Shown here: positions 1 through 11,955 of the stretch, one piece after another
Position numbering within the stretch: the first letter of the stretch is position 1
How the letters are laid out: each line of letters begins with the position of its first letter
Assembly: GCA_964035575.1 (NCBI GenBank)
Contig: OZ037838.1
Location: forward strand, 1,550,001 to 1,614,000
Reading direction: 5' to 3'
From: Rhynchopus sp. YZ270_cl-10
Lineage: Eukaryota
DNA length: 64,000 nucleotides
Made by a program: the position numbers and the translations under genes
Notes under the pieces: model-generated
The model's database searches: none
The model's input: only the letters and a program-made list of their open reading frames with translations
What the model was told of the DNA's origin: nothing

Positions 1-678
1 TACTTTGGCCCTCTCCTGTGGAAACTACTGACACATCGAAAGCATCACAAACACACAAAACAGAACAACACACACCTCATCTGCTCGGCAGGTGCAGTCC
101 GGTACTGAAAAACCGAGAGGAGTCGCAGCTTGCTGCTGTTGCTGTGGTATCCTTCAATGAGATACGTCTGCTCTTGTACATACCATTCTAGCCTAGTCGT
201 GTTCACAATGAGCTATGTTTCACACCAAAGAGGTTTTGGTATATTGCATTTAGTTCTACTTTCCTCCCCCCAACCACCCTGTGAAAATTGCAAATTTTGT
301 TCGGTTCAATTTCACAGGAATGTGTTCTATTAGTTGCTGCCCCAACACACCAAAGACTTAGCTCCTCCTGCTAGCCAAGCCACGTTCATTTTCATTTTTT
401 CCAATTTTTTTATTTCTCTCAAATTGACAATGTTCCAAACCGAGGCGGTTTGTTCTCTTATCAATACAACATGATGATCATGTGTTCCCCTACTCACTAC
501 CTCCCCCCCCTTTAACTTCCCTCCATCCCCCCCCCTCCTCCTCCTCCTCCTCTGCATTGCCATACCTCCCACATTTTGCTTTCTCAACAGATGTAAAAGA
601 GACAACACACCATGCCGTAACCATCTCTGCCCCCCTTCCCCGTACACACCCTCCCTCCTCAACACCTTCTCCACCATC

Positions 679-2922
679 ATGGCGCTTCTGAATGCACAAC
701 GCAAGACATTTGCTATATTGAAAGTTGCGCAGGGTGCTCTGCAACGTGAGGTGGCAGGGTGTGTGGTGCGTCTGGAGTCGGAGGTTGTGGCGTTCGAGCG
801 AGAGGTGGGGGCCGCGACACAGCAGGATAAGGGAGAGGGTGCTGCTGCTGCTGCTGCTGCTGCAGGACTACCTCACCCAGAGGATGCCGGGCGGATTCTG
901 CACAACTGTGCCGTGATCGCAGAGGAAGTTGTACTGCGTTCCCCTCCGCATACCTTTCACCACGCAGCAGGTCGTTCTGTCTTTAGAAGGGCAGCTAATA
1001 TTTTTCTTCCCAGTGTTGCTTCTGGTGTTGTGCAGTGTCCGCAAGAGGAAAGCCGTGTCCGTCGATATGTCTGGCTTGAAGTGCAGGAAGCACAGACCGA
1101 ACTAAGTTTGACTCACCACCTCAAGCTTAGCCGTGTCTCTCGAAAGGCAAACAGCAAAGCGAATCGGAAAGGGATGGCCGCGTTGGAGGGTACCCATCTC
1201 CTCTCTGTCGATGGGCATACGGTGAAAACACTGAAAGATGTATTAACGATCTGCAGGAAGAAGCAACCTGGGGACCGCGTCAAATTAGGTTTCGGCAGTC
1301 CCTCCGCCGCCACGCTGCCAGCAAAATCCGTTGCCCTGACGCTTCGCTCTGTTGCCCTGATGGTCACACCACCAGAACTTCCTAGCACCATAACGCTTCC
1401 TCATCCTCTCTTCACAACCCTCTCAGACACCCAGCAGGAAGGCGCTATAGTACGCGAGGCGGCGGTAGTATTGAAAAACGCATGGCGTGTGGGCACGCTT
1501 TCCGGCTGTCCTGAGGACATCACGATGTGCGTCTCTGCCTGCATTAAGCTCCGGTTCCCCCTCTCTGAGGTGGAGTGGCTGTTTGACGCTTTGATGGCAG
1601 GTCCGTGCGACTTTACTTCGCTCTGCAGGGCGCTCCGTGGTGCGGTGCGAATCAATCTCCCAAAAGGCAAACTTCGCACTCTCTTCATCGCGGCCTCCCG
1701 CCAGACCCCTCCTTCCATCTCTCTTGAAAACCATGCTACGCTGCTATGGTGTCTCTACAAATCTAAGGTCTACGACACCACGCTTCTCGCCTCACTCCGT
1801 CTTTGCATGCATAGCTCTCCTCTTAATACGATGCGTTTCGGGGCAGGACTCACAATGAAAACTGCGATACCCATCGTGACCTATCTAAACTCCACCATAA
1901 CATCCTGTACAGAGCTGGGTGATGTAGAATCTGTCCAAACCCTCTTCAAGCATGCAACAGTATTGTTCGTACGGAAGGCCAGAGATGACATAGAGCTTCG
2001 GAGGCACAGCAATTTTCAGAGTTTGGTGGCGACAATGTTGTGGGCTGCGGCGGAGTGCGCCGAAATGGAGGACGATTCAAAGGGTGAAAAAATTCCTCTT
2101 CTTCCGGTCCCAGCGTGGGTACTGCGAGAGAGCAAGCATAGCGGGAATTATGGAGGTCTCTCGGTGCTCACCCGAATCATGCGATCTACAGCTAGGCTTG
2201 ACCATTCAGATCATATTATTTTACATATTTCATGTCTGCAGAATCATCTGTCAGAAATGAAACACCCCTTCCCCGAGGATGCAGTGCGCAACGTTATTCG
2301 CGGGTTGTCAGCGTCGCTGCATTTTTGCGGACGGCTTCGCGCTGCGCCGGAAACCCTCTTTGATTCAACTATTCTCAACACATTTTATGACACTGCTAGC
2401 GCCTCGATGCCTTCATTGTCTATAAAAGAAATGGTACGGTTGGGGTATTGTGCTGCAGAGTTGCTTCTTACTAATGTCCGCTTTTTTGAGGAGCTTACAA
2501 AGCGTATTGTAAAAGAGCGTGGGTCGGTGCGTGCGTCGGAGGCAATAGAGGTGTTTCATAGTTTGGCGAAGCTGGGGGCAAGGGTGGTGCACCCGGTACT
2601 GCAGGAGACGCTTGTGGAGGCGGTGGTGGGGGGGTCGCAGGATATCGGCATGCAGGAGGTGACATTGCTGCTTGCGGCTGTAGCGGAGCTGTCCCTGAGG
2701 AATGGTACGCTGAACGAAGCTGTCGAGACAAGGCTGCGTGAGAAAGGGCGCACCGCGACTGTCACGCAGGCGGCTTCGATGCTGGCGTCGCTCAAGACAC
2801 TGCACCTCTCCACAGATGTGGTCACCAATGCACTTCACAACATAAAGGCAAAGCATTTCGACAGCGACACACAAGGGATATACGGAATGCGGAACAGTCT
2901 GAGGCTGAGTGAACGGAAATAG
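679..2922 (+). CDS. Hypothetical 747-aa protein; PDZ-like segment plus C-terminal alpha-helical (FASTK/RAP-associated-like) repeats
   Basis: Long intronless ORF. LLSVDGHTVKTLKDVLTICRKKQPGDRVKL resembles a PDZ core. The C-terminus has ~37-aa helical units (FFEELTKRI...FHSLAKLG; LLLAAVAELSLRN). Domain calls are tentative. Confidence 0.7.
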   Translation: MALLNAQRKTFAILKVAQGALQREVAGCVVRLESEVVAFEREVGAATQQDKGEGAAAAAAAAGLPHPEDAGRILHNCAVIAEEVVLRSPPHTFHHAAGRSVFRRAANIFLPSVASGVVQCPQEESRVRRYVWLEVQEAQTELSLTHHLKLSRVSRKANSKANRKGMAALEGTHLLSVDGHTVKTLKDVLTICRKKQPGDRVKLGFGSPSAATLPAKSVALTLRSVALMVTPPELPSTITLPHPLFTTLSDTQQEGAIVREAAVVLKNAWRVGTLSGCPEDITMCVSACIKLRFPLSEVEWLFDALMAGPCDFTSLCRALRGAVRINLPKGKLRTLFIAASRQTPPSISLENHATLLWCLYKSKVYDTTLLASLRLCMHSSPLNTMRFGAGLTMKTAIPIVTYLNSTITSCTELGDVESVQTLFKHATVLFVRKARDDIELRRHSNFQSLVATMLWAAAECAEMEDDSKGEKIPLLPVPAWVLRESKHSGNYGGLSVLTRIMRSTARLDHSDHIILHISCLQNHLSEMKHPFPEDAVRNVIRGLSASLHFCGRLRAAPETLFDSTILNTFYDTASASMPSLSIKEMVRLGYCAAELLLTNVRFFEELTKRIVKERGSVRASEAIEVFHSLAKLGARVVHPVLQETLVEAVVGGSQDIGMQEVTLLLAAVAELSLRNGTLNEAVETRLREKGRTATVTQAASMLASLKTLHLSTDVVTNALHNIKAKHFDSDTQGIYGMRNSLRLSERK

Positions 2923-3859
2923 AATAAAATGGGCTGTTTTTGGGGCTCGATTTGAAAAGCACTGATGTGCAAAAAAGGAGTGTGATCCCGCTATCCCCCA
3001 TCATCTTCAAAATAAACGGGAAACGAGAGAGGAGAGGGAACCATAGCGAAGACTGTTTGGCAGCGACACGAAACACAGCAGAAATATCAAAATCACTGTA
3101 AAATAAAAATTCCCTTTTTTTTTTTTTTAAATTCGAAAACAGTGTCAACGTTATACGGTCGTCGACCTCATCTCTTTTTTGTACACTTGACCACAGCTTC
3201 CACTTCCCGTGCTTCTCCCTTCTCTCTCCTTGAGTCCTTCACCCCCCTACCCCTTTAGTTCATCTTCTAGGTGTTCAGGTGTCTTTTACCCACCAAACTA
3301 ACCCCAATCGTGCTTGACATTTCCCCAAGAACATTACCTTTGTCTTTAGTAGTCTTGAGCTGCTTTTTTTTTGTACCGAATTTGAACGCGAATAGATGGA
3401 CTTGCGACCGATCATCAGCCTTCCGATTCGGATGACGGAGAGCACAGCATACATCAACTTCCCGAACCCCCCTCCCCATTCATGACCAAACTAACGTCAC
3501 CGCATTCGTCCTCCAACCACACACCACGATACTGGTGCAATGTTAACCTGCGGCTTCCCCACTCAAGCACATTCTGCTCCATCACTAATTCCACTTCCCG
3601 GGATCTATTGCTTTTTTGTAAACAGACCTCAACACCATACAACATAAACTCTGAAATGTCCTCCTGCTGCTAAACAGGGGTCCTTACTTCGTGACTGAAG
3701 GTTGCGGGGCACTTCGCTTAGTCTAGTCTAGAGAGTGTGGTTTCGAGTCCCCCTCTGATATTCCCATCTAACGTTATTAATGAAGAGAGATTTTTTATAC
3801 AAATTTATGGTTCATTTTTTATTCACAAAATCCACACAACACAGAGACCACAAAAGACA

Positions 3860-4939
3860 ATGATGAAGATCGTCATGGAAGAGGAGGCTCCGCCAGCAGA
3901 ACTCTCTTTTACAAAGCGCATGGAACTCCCGCTCTCCATCCTATGCTACTCGTCGTGCTCTGTGTCGATGATTCTCATCAACAAGCTTGTCATTGACACG
4001 AAAGGGTTCTCCTTCCCCTTCGTGCTGATCTTCTTCCAGAACGGTGCGGCAGCAGTTCTTGTACTGGTTCTGAAGGCGTTGGGGGTGATTGACTTCCCGC
4101 CGCTCGAGTGGAAGCTGGTGAAGCGCTGGATACCCCTGACGGTGTTGTTCGTGGGCATGCTTGTCACCTCGCTTCTTGCGTTGAAGACGATGTCCGTTCC
4201 GCTGCAGACCCTCATCAAGAGCACTGCGATTGTTACGACGGCGATAGGTGACAAAATGCTGTTTGGCCACACCTTCAATAAAACCATGCTGGTTGCGTTT
4301 CTTATGCTCAGCATGGGGTCCATCATGGGCGCGCTGAAGGACACATGGTTGACTCCGATTGGCCTGTTCTGGAGTTTGTCGAACGTCGCCTGCACCTCCA
4401 GCTACCAGCTCTACATGAAGGGAGTCATGAACGACCTGAAGGGGCATATGGGAAGGTGGGGGCCGGTTATGTACAACAACGTGCTCTCGATTCCTCCGTT
4501 GATCATCCCGGCGGTGCTGCAGTACAATGAGTGGTCTGTGTCGCTTCGCGAGAAGTCGCAAGACTCTGCGTTTTTGACCTATATGTTTGTGATGGTCTTT
4601 TTGTCGGCAAGCATGACCATGGCATCGTTCTGGTGTATGAGCGCTACATCACCCACCACCTATGGAGTTATCGGAGGGATGAACCGAATCCCCCTCAACA
4701 TTCTTGGCATTGTTATCTTCGACCAAATGCCATCGAACCTCGGAATCGTCGGAATCGTGGGTTCCATCATGGGAGGGCTTCTCTACACCCATGCAGTCAA
4801 CCTCGACAAATCAGGCGCATCTAACCTTAACCTCACGCTCTCTCCTTCCGTCTGGCTCGCGCAGCTTAAGGGTGGAGGTAGGGCTAAGTCAGAGACGATA
4901 GTCCCTTACTCCCTGGTTGAAGAGGAGCCGAAGAAGTAA
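3860..4939 (+). CDS. Nucleotide-sugar transporter, GDP-mannose transporter-like (LPG2/VRG4/GONST family)
   Basis: First ATG (MMKIV) is at 3860. About 10 hydrophobic segments; family motifs YSSCSVSMILINK, MYNNVLSIP and SPTTYGVIGGMNRIP (GALNK-equivalent). Confidence 0.88.
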   Translation: MMKIVMEEEAPPAELSFTKRMELPLSILCYSSCSVSMILINKLVIDTKGFSFPFVLIFFQNGAAAVLVLVLKALGVIDFPPLEWKLVKRWIPLTVLFVGMLVTSLLALKTMSVPLQTLIKSTAIVTTAIGDKMLFGHTFNKTMLVAFLMLSMGSIMGALKDTWLTPIGLFWSLSNVACTSSYQLYMKGVMNDLKGHMGRWGPVMYNNVLSIPPLIIPAVLQYNEWSVSLREKSQDSAFLTYMFVMVFLSASMTMASFWCMSATSPTTYGVIGGMNRIPLNILGIVIFDQMPSNLGIVGIVGSIMGGLLYTHAVNLDKSGASNLNLTLSPSVWLAQLKGGGRAKSETIVPYSLVEEEPKK

Positions 4940-7416
4940 AATATTTCAAAAATAAAATAAGAGAACAAAAAAGACGGAGGAAGAAAAAAGGGGAGGAGGA
5001 GGAAGGAAGGAAAAAGAGAACAAAAAAGAGAAAAAAAATACACAAAGGGGGCATCAGGTTTTGTCTTTTTTTTTTTTTTTTAGTTAAAAGGTGGGAGGTG
5101 GAGATGGGGGGGTGGGGAGGGGGAGATATGCTTAAAGGGGAGGATTTTTTTTTATTACTTGGCGAAGTATGGATAGATTTCTTTTCAAAAGAACTTTCAT
5201 TTTAAATCAAAATTTACAAGAATTGTTGAGATTGTGGAGATGTGTTTTTTTGTAAAGATCTTTTCCTTATCCATGGCGCAAAGCAGAAGAAAATTTGAAC
5301 GAAGAGAACTATAAACATGGCATCAACCCCCCCCTTGTCTTTTCCCTCCCCTCCCCGGGAATCCCCTCCCTCCCTCCTCCCTCAGCTTCACCCCCCAGCA
5401 GAGAGAACGAGCCGTAGGGAGCACGGCGCGTGTGTTTTGATAATCAATGTTGTGTTTTTTTAGAGCAAATTCCTGAGCTAGTGGAAATATTTCTCCCAAA
5501 AAAAGAGGGACTGTTTTTTTTTTTTTTTTCGGTGTTTTTTTTTGTGTCTGAAACGCAAACGCGCCCAAAATGACTTATCAAAAAAAAAAAACCCCCCCTC
5601 CTCCTCCGTCGCTTACTTCACAGAAGGTGTACTCCCTTTTGTGTTCCAATTATCCCAGTAGCTGAGTTTTTCGTTTACTGATGAGCGTAGTGGGGGTAGG
5701 ACATCTCAATACAGACCGCTAACTGGGAAGTAAGCTGGTGGAGGGGGGGTGGGCGTGGAGTGGAGATATACTTCTGTTGCCACACGATTGATTTTTCCGA
5801 GTTTTCAAAAAAAGCAAAAAAAAAAAAAAAAAAAAGAGTACAGACCCGAATTCTCCCACCTGGTGGGATTACTCGGCGATTGTCGACACAACAAAAAAAA
5901 AACAAAAAAAAAAAAGCATCGATTCTCTGACTGCCCTCTCCCTTTTAATGATGCTTTTCCCCATTCCCATTTTTCCCTCCTCCTTTTTTTTATAAAGATC
6001 TGGCTGTCATTGTTTTACTCTTTATTTTTTTAAGTAAATGAATGTGTACGAGAGGCATATTCATCCAAAATTTTTCTCTTTTTTTCTTTTTTTTTTTTTT
6101 GGGAACAAAACTGGGGTTCGATATCCCCTCGGAGAACCATGTGTCTACGTACACCAATGTACGGTGAGGCGTTTGCACTTTTTAACTTCTCCTTTTATTT
6201 TTTTCTCTTTTTTATTTGAAACAAAAGATGTGTGTGAGCACACTTCATCTTTTTTTGAAAGCTCGTTTTTTTTTTTTTTTTTTTGTCCGACCCAGTCCCC
6301 CCACCTCCTTCCCCATCCCCTCATCCTCGGGACACATTTACCTTTGTTGTGGCGGTAAGTTTGTGCCCAAACCCTCCCCTGTTGTTTTTGACTTCACATC
6401 TACAACAATCAAAAAAAAAATAAACAGAGCACTTTCAAAACAAACTAAAACATTTTTAAACCCCTGTTGTTTTCCAAAAACCCATACCCTACAATAGCCC
6501 TGGCTCCTTCAATGCGCGTAGTACAGGGCTGAATCCTGGTTTGGTAAGGAGCAGACCACCGAAAGCAGAAAACAACCATTTTTGCCCCCCTTTTTTTTTT
6601 CTGTTTCCAAAAGGAGCCTTTTTTTGCAGCTCACAAACAAAAAAAAAAAAACATAAAACCAGAGCAAAACAGAGAAAATTAACCATTTTTCCTTTACCAC
6701 CCTTTTTTTTTTTAACCCCTCAGTGGATCTCACCTCATCCCTAAAAATAGGGGGCCTCCAACAACACAAAGGCTTTTCCGCCCTCCCTTTTTTTTTACTG
6801 CCTCACCCTTACAAAGAAGGGGAAAAAATAGGTTTGAAAAAAAATAAAAATAAAAAAGCGGGGATGCGTTTTTTGCGCGCTGTTGTTTATTTGGGCTTCC
6901 ATTTAGCTGAGAAGACGTTCCCAATTGAATTCATTTTTTAAGGGTTTTTAGAGGTTCAAAAAACCCATGCATTTTTTTTTCTTTCTCTTTGTTTCATGGA
7001 AAGTATTGGAATAAATTAGGGTCTAGTATTTTTTTAACGATCCATTATCTAGGCGTGGCTGTGCTGATTTTGTGTGGAATGGGTTTTGATTTTTTTTGAC
7101 ACATTTCAGCATAAATCCATCCGTGCCTTATTTTGCCTTCCATTCGTTGTGCATCTGTTATTTCAATAATAAACACATTCCATAAAAAAAAAAAAATTTC
7201 TCCTTTTTTGTTGTTTCGCTCTGTCAGTATTTTAGGGTGGCTTTTTTCACATCCAAATTTTCAAACGATGTCCCCCATCTGATTTTGACCCAGATTTTTT
7301 TCGGTGTTTGACAGTGTTTGGCAGCAAACACCGGCAAACTCAGGTGGACCTGCATCAACATCAGGGAACGACAAATGACGGTTTTTTTTTTTTTTTTAAT
7401 TTTGTGCTTTTGTCCG

Positions 7417-7798
7417 GCTGTCGGAGGTGCCTGCATCAACAACTACCATTTATATTTATTTTTCAAAAAAAAAAAAAAAAAAAAACTAATGTCATTGTGA
7501 GGCGTATCACGGTAATGAACGAAAGAGAAACTGGCCTCTTTTTTTATCCCTCCCCAGGCCTCTCTTTTCCCGTGGTCCGCAAAAACAGATCAAAATAAAC
7601 TGATCTACGCAAATCAGAGGAATAACTTCCTTTTTTTTTAATCTTTTTAGGAAAGGTGAGTGCCCGACGAGGCACTTTACCTTTTTTCAAAAAAATAAAG
7701 TCATTTAAAGAAAATGATAGAGTCTCTAAGACAACAGATGTGTACGCAAAACCACATTTCATTCAAAAGATTTATAGGGGGCCCCTTTTTTCGGGGGA
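7417..7798. repeat. Dispersed non-coding repeat, copy 1 (copy 2 at ~14525-14890)
   Basis: Shared blocks GCTGTCGGAGGTGCCTGCATCAACAACTACCA, AAACAGATCAAAATAAACTGATCTACGCAAATCAGAGG and GATAGAGTCTCTAAGACAACAGATGTGTACGC. Confidence 0.85.
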
Positions 7799-9435
7799 CA
7801 TGCCATGTTGACATATCTTATGCATACAACCGAAGGTGAATTCGTCGGATCAACATTTAAACCCCCCTAACCTTTTCCCGTTTCGGGATTTTTTTTTTCC
7901 CCCCCGTTTTTTAGAATCAACAGAATGTTATCATGAGGATTGTTGTTTTATTTTTAAAACATGCAGCACTGTGAGTGCGCATTGTGTGCGCCCGTGCCGG
8001 CCATTACTGCTTTTTTTTTCATTTTTTTTTTTTCATTTTCGATAATATTTTAAAAAACCCCCCCATTTCCCGCTCTCTCTCACCCTCTTTTTTTTTTCTT
8101 CAAAAGGAACGAACGCTGTTGTATTCACAAAAGGGGAGTTTTTTTTTTTTTTTTGCATCACGTCGCTAGAGCGCGCATCAACAAAGAAAAAAGAAATAAT
8201 CAGTCGATTTTTTTTTTGCAAGGGTTTTTTGTTTGTCTTCCGATCGCGGGCTTCGCGTACTGAATGGAGAAGCAATGTGACCATCACTGTGGGACAGGTG
8301 TTCTTATTGGTACGAAGAAGCTAAGGTTCTACGGGGGGTATACAAAGAATATTCATTGATAAAAAAAAACTAAACAAATGCTGTGATGTGTGGACTTGGT
8401 ATGCAAAGCAAAGGTGTGGATAGCAAGACAAAAAAAGGGGGTTATGGGGGCGAACAAAAGGAGACATAACAAAGGGGAGAGAAATAAAAAAAAAAAAAAC
8501 AATGATGGTTTTGGACAAAAGAATTCTGGAGGGGATTATTTTTTAAAATTTTTTTATGTTTTCTGGATAGTGGGGGAGGCTTCATAGTAATGAGTATCAA
8601 CAACAACAAAAGAGGGGGGGGAAATGGATATTTGCACAACTGTGGAAACACAACCCGAGGAAACTACACTTATCCAAATATTCTATCAAATTTTTTTTTA
8701 AAAAAATGGAGTTCTTTTTTTTTTTTTTTTGTCCTCATTTCTCTTTTCTGTAGACACAGCATCAAACGAGTAGGCACAGACCTAGCAAGCACTAAACGGT
8801 GTCTCTGCACTAATTTAAGTCAAAAAAAAATTGTGTCAATTTTCCCAAAAAAAAAAATAAACAAGATAAAAGCAAAGCAGATAAAAAAAAAAAAAACGCT
8901 CCGTTGGAAATTCTCTAAAGAAATGATGATGGGTGAGGGAATTTTAAAAAAAAAAACAGAACGGGCAAAACAAATTATAAAAAAATAAAGCAAGGGAAAA
9001 ATTCAAAAAAAAAAAAACAAAAAACAAAACAAAAACAAAAACAAAAAATCTCCCCCACCCTGGAAAAGCAAAAAAAAAAGTTATTTTAACTAAGAGAACA
9101 AAGTATTGCACTGTAAACACAAAAAAAAAGAATCTTATCTCCCCTTCCCCCCTTCTTTATTGCAACCGACACACTAGAGTTGGTCTTGACCAACCATGGC
9201 GTGCGATGGTAAAGACAACGCCAGATCGATGTGTTTTCACTTTCTTCTTTTGTGCTCCGCCACCGACACTCCCATTTCTGTACTGGCAAATAATCTTCAC
9301 ACAACGACATAGCTGTCGAGATCTGATCAATAGCGGAACAGATACATATTTTTTTTCCACATTTCACACAACATAACACACTACTGTCTACAGATATTGT
9401 TTTGTTTCTTCCTTTTCTACTGCAAATAAGTTCCT

Positions 9436-11955
9436 ATGCGTATGATATTGTGCGCTCTTGCAGTGCTGGGTACTGCTATACCAGCATTGGCCACCCACAA
9501 GACCGGATGGGGGGAACGCGACCCTGAAGACCGAGGCATGGTGAGTGGCGCCGACATCGGCCTGCGCGCCCTGCGTGCTGTGGGGCGTGGTGGTGCTGGA
9601 GCGGAGCCTGCCGCTCAGGTGCGTGGACAAGACATCCTCGACTCCTTCCTGCAGGGCATCGAGGCAGGCGCGTACGACGCACCACATGATGCATGGGAGG
9701 AGGTCACCACCGGCACGAAGATCGCACCCATCTTCACGGAGCAGCTGACCCTCGACATCATCGTCTCGCTGCTCGCCATGATCGCGACCATCAGCGCCTC
9801 TGCCAGCGGTATTGGAGGCGGTGGGCTGTTGGTGCCGATCTACCTGATCGTGATGGGGTGGAGTGTGAAGAACGCTGTCCCGCTCTCAAACGCAACCATC
9901 TTTGGGAACGCAGTGACGAACATCATCATCAACTTCCCGCTGCGCCACCCGACGGCAGACCGCCCGCTTGTTGACTTCGACCTGGCCTTGGTGCTTATCC
10001 CGATGGAGCTGACGGGGAGTCTTGTTGGCGTGCTGCTGAACATCCTCTTCCCGCAGTGGCTGACGCTTGTGTGTCTGTTCCTGCTGCTGCTGTCGACCAC
10101 ACACCGTACCTACAACAAAGGCAAGGCGACGTGGATCAAGGAGAACAAAGAGCGTCAGCAGGTCGAGCGTCGTGAGGCAGCAGAGAAGGCCACCATTGGC
10201 GACACAAAGGAGGTGCAGGTGACGTGTGACACGACGACGGAGGCCTTTGAGGTGATCAACGGCGAGAGCAAAGCACTGCAGACGAACCGCCTCCGCATCG
10301 CCTTTGGCGGGAAGGTGGGCCAGCATGCGGTGCTGCGCGACGCAGAGGACGCACCGATGAAGTCGTTCGAGTTTTCTTCCGTGGACGACGCTGCGAGCTA
10401 CACGCTTGTCTGGGTCGACGCTGTTGTGGAGGAGACTGAGGGTGGCGTGGACTACTCCTTCCGTGCACTCTTCTCTGCGACCGAGCCCACAGGCAGCATC
10501 CCAACGGAGAAGGACCACCGCTCGCTCATTGTCCTCGACGTGCCGCGTGCCACCCGCCACCTTGGGAAGGGACAGCCCATCGACACGTGGAACACAGAGA
10601 TGGTGCTCTCGTGGGTGCAGACCTTCACCGATGCGTCTGCTGCACTGTGCTACGGGATTGAGAGCACCCTTGTGACCGGGACAGACCTGCTGATGTGGGC
10701 GACCAACATTGATGTGGCACAGCGTGACCTGGAGAAGCTGGGAGTCCTTGCGGCGTCTGACGTGAACATGATCATCTCGCACGTGACGCAGCTGAACAAC
10801 GAGGACTACATGCTGCTTGTGCACAGCTCGCAGGACCTGCCCTGGGGGAGCTGGAACCGCTCTGCAGAGTGGCGCGAGGGAGACGAGCAGAAAGCAGGGC
10901 TCGACCAGGACGGATGGATGCCCGACGACCCGAACCACCCGAAGTGCCGCCCTGCATCGTACGTCTCGAGCCAGGCCTACGTCCGGGTGTACAACTGGGA
11001 GAACAGCGACGTGGTAGCCTTCGTTGGGAAGGTGACGGACTACAACTTTGCGCTGAAGGAGGCCATCACGAAGAACGACATCGACGGAAAGTCGCTCATG
11101 GCACTCACCTCCGACGACCTGAAGGGCCTTGGCGTGCCGCAGCTGGGTCCACGCTTGGCGCTACTCTCTCGCATTGCCGAGCTTGACTCCCTGCACAAGG
11201 CACACCAGAAGATTGTGGACTCCGAGCGCGACATTCCGTACTCGACAAACCTGCTGACTCTGTTCCTGTCGTGGCTGATGCTGCTTGTCCTGGCACTGCT
11301 GAAGGGCGGCGGGAAGAGCGGCGGACAGAGCCCCGTCGCGAAGTGGGAGGGCAAGCAGCAGGAAGAGTTCTGTGGGTCCCCCACCTTCTGGGTGCTCTGG
11401 TGGATTGGCGTGCCGGTTCTTGTCATTGTGACTTATTTCGCGGGGAACTACCTGCTGCAGAAGCACAAGATGAAGGTCAAGACACACTTTGCGTTCCACG
11501 AGGGCGACATCAAGTGGACGGAGAAGCGTGCACGCATCTACCCAGCGATTGTGATCATTGCGGGCGTGCTTGCGGGTCTGCTTGGTGTGGGTGGTGCCAT
11601 GGTGACTGGACCACTTATGCTTGAGATGGGAATGATCCCACGTGTGTCCACTGCGACGTCGTCGTTCTTGATCATCTTCACGACAGGTGTGGCCGCCATT
11701 GCGTACGTCTCGCTAGGGCAGCTTCGCATCGACTACGCCATCTGGTTCGCGCTGATGGGAGCTGTGGGTGCAGCACTCGGCCTGAACATCATTGGGATGC
11801 TTCTGAAGAAGTACAACAGGCAGTCCCTTGTGATCTGGTCTCTGACCCTTGTCTTCGTCCTTGCAGCTGTCATGAGTGTCGTCATCTTTATGATGGTCAT
11901 CACGAAGGATATCTCTGAGGGCAACGATATGGGTATGCGCAACATCTGTGGATGA
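9436..11955 (+). CDS. TauE/SafE (sulfite exporter family) membrane protein with signal peptide and two SAM-like domains in the central loop
   Basis: TauE half-repeat motifs SGIGGGGLLVP and LAGLLGVGGAMVTGPLMLEMGMIPRVSTATSSF. SAM-like segments at ~10576-10800 and ~10981-11185 (IDGKSLMALTSDDLKGLGVPQLGPRLALLSRIAEL). Confidence 0.9.
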   Translation: MRMILCALAVLGTAIPALATHKTGWGERDPEDRGMVSGADIGLRALRAVGRGGAGAEPAAQVRGQDILDSFLQGIEAGAYDAPHDAWEEVTTGTKIAPIFTEQLTLDIIVSLLAMIATISASASGIGGGGLLVPIYLIVMGWSVKNAVPLSNATIFGNAVTNIIINFPLRHPTADRPLVDFDLALVLIPMELTGSLVGVLLNILFPQWLTLVCLFLLLLSTTHRTYNKGKATWIKENKERQQVERREAAEKATIGDTKEVQVTCDTTTEAFEVINGESKALQTNRLRIAFGGKVGQHAVLRDAEDAPMKSFEFSSVDDAASYTLVWVDAVVEETEGGVDYSFRALFSATEPTGSIPTEKDHRSLIVLDVPRATRHLGKGQPIDTWNTEMVLSWVQTFTDASAALCYGIESTLVTGTDLLMWATNIDVAQRDLEKLGVLAASDVNMIISHVTQLNNEDYMLLVHSSQDLPWGSWNRSAEWREGDEQKAGLDQDGWMPDDPNHPKCRPASYVSSQAYVRVYNWENSDVVAFVGKVTDYNFALKEAITKNDIDGKSLMALTSDDLKGLGVPQLGPRLALLSRIAELDSLHKAHQKIVDSERDIPYSTNLLTLFLSWLMLLVLALLKGGGKSGGQSPVAKWEGKQQEEFCGSPTFWVLWWIGVPVLVIVTYFAGNYLLQKHKMKVKTHFAFHEGDIKWTEKRARIYPAIVIIAGVLAGLLGVGGAMVTGPLMLEMGMIPRVSTATSSFLIIFTTGVAAIAYVSLGQLRIDYAIWFALMGAVGAALGLNIIGMLLKKYNRQSLVIWSLTLVFVLAAVMSVVIFMMVITKDISEGNDMGMRNICG

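Noticed and set aside
3676..3755. tRNA or tRNA-SINE (GGTTTCGAGTCC B-box-like)
   Set aside because: No cloverleaf or A-box could be built.
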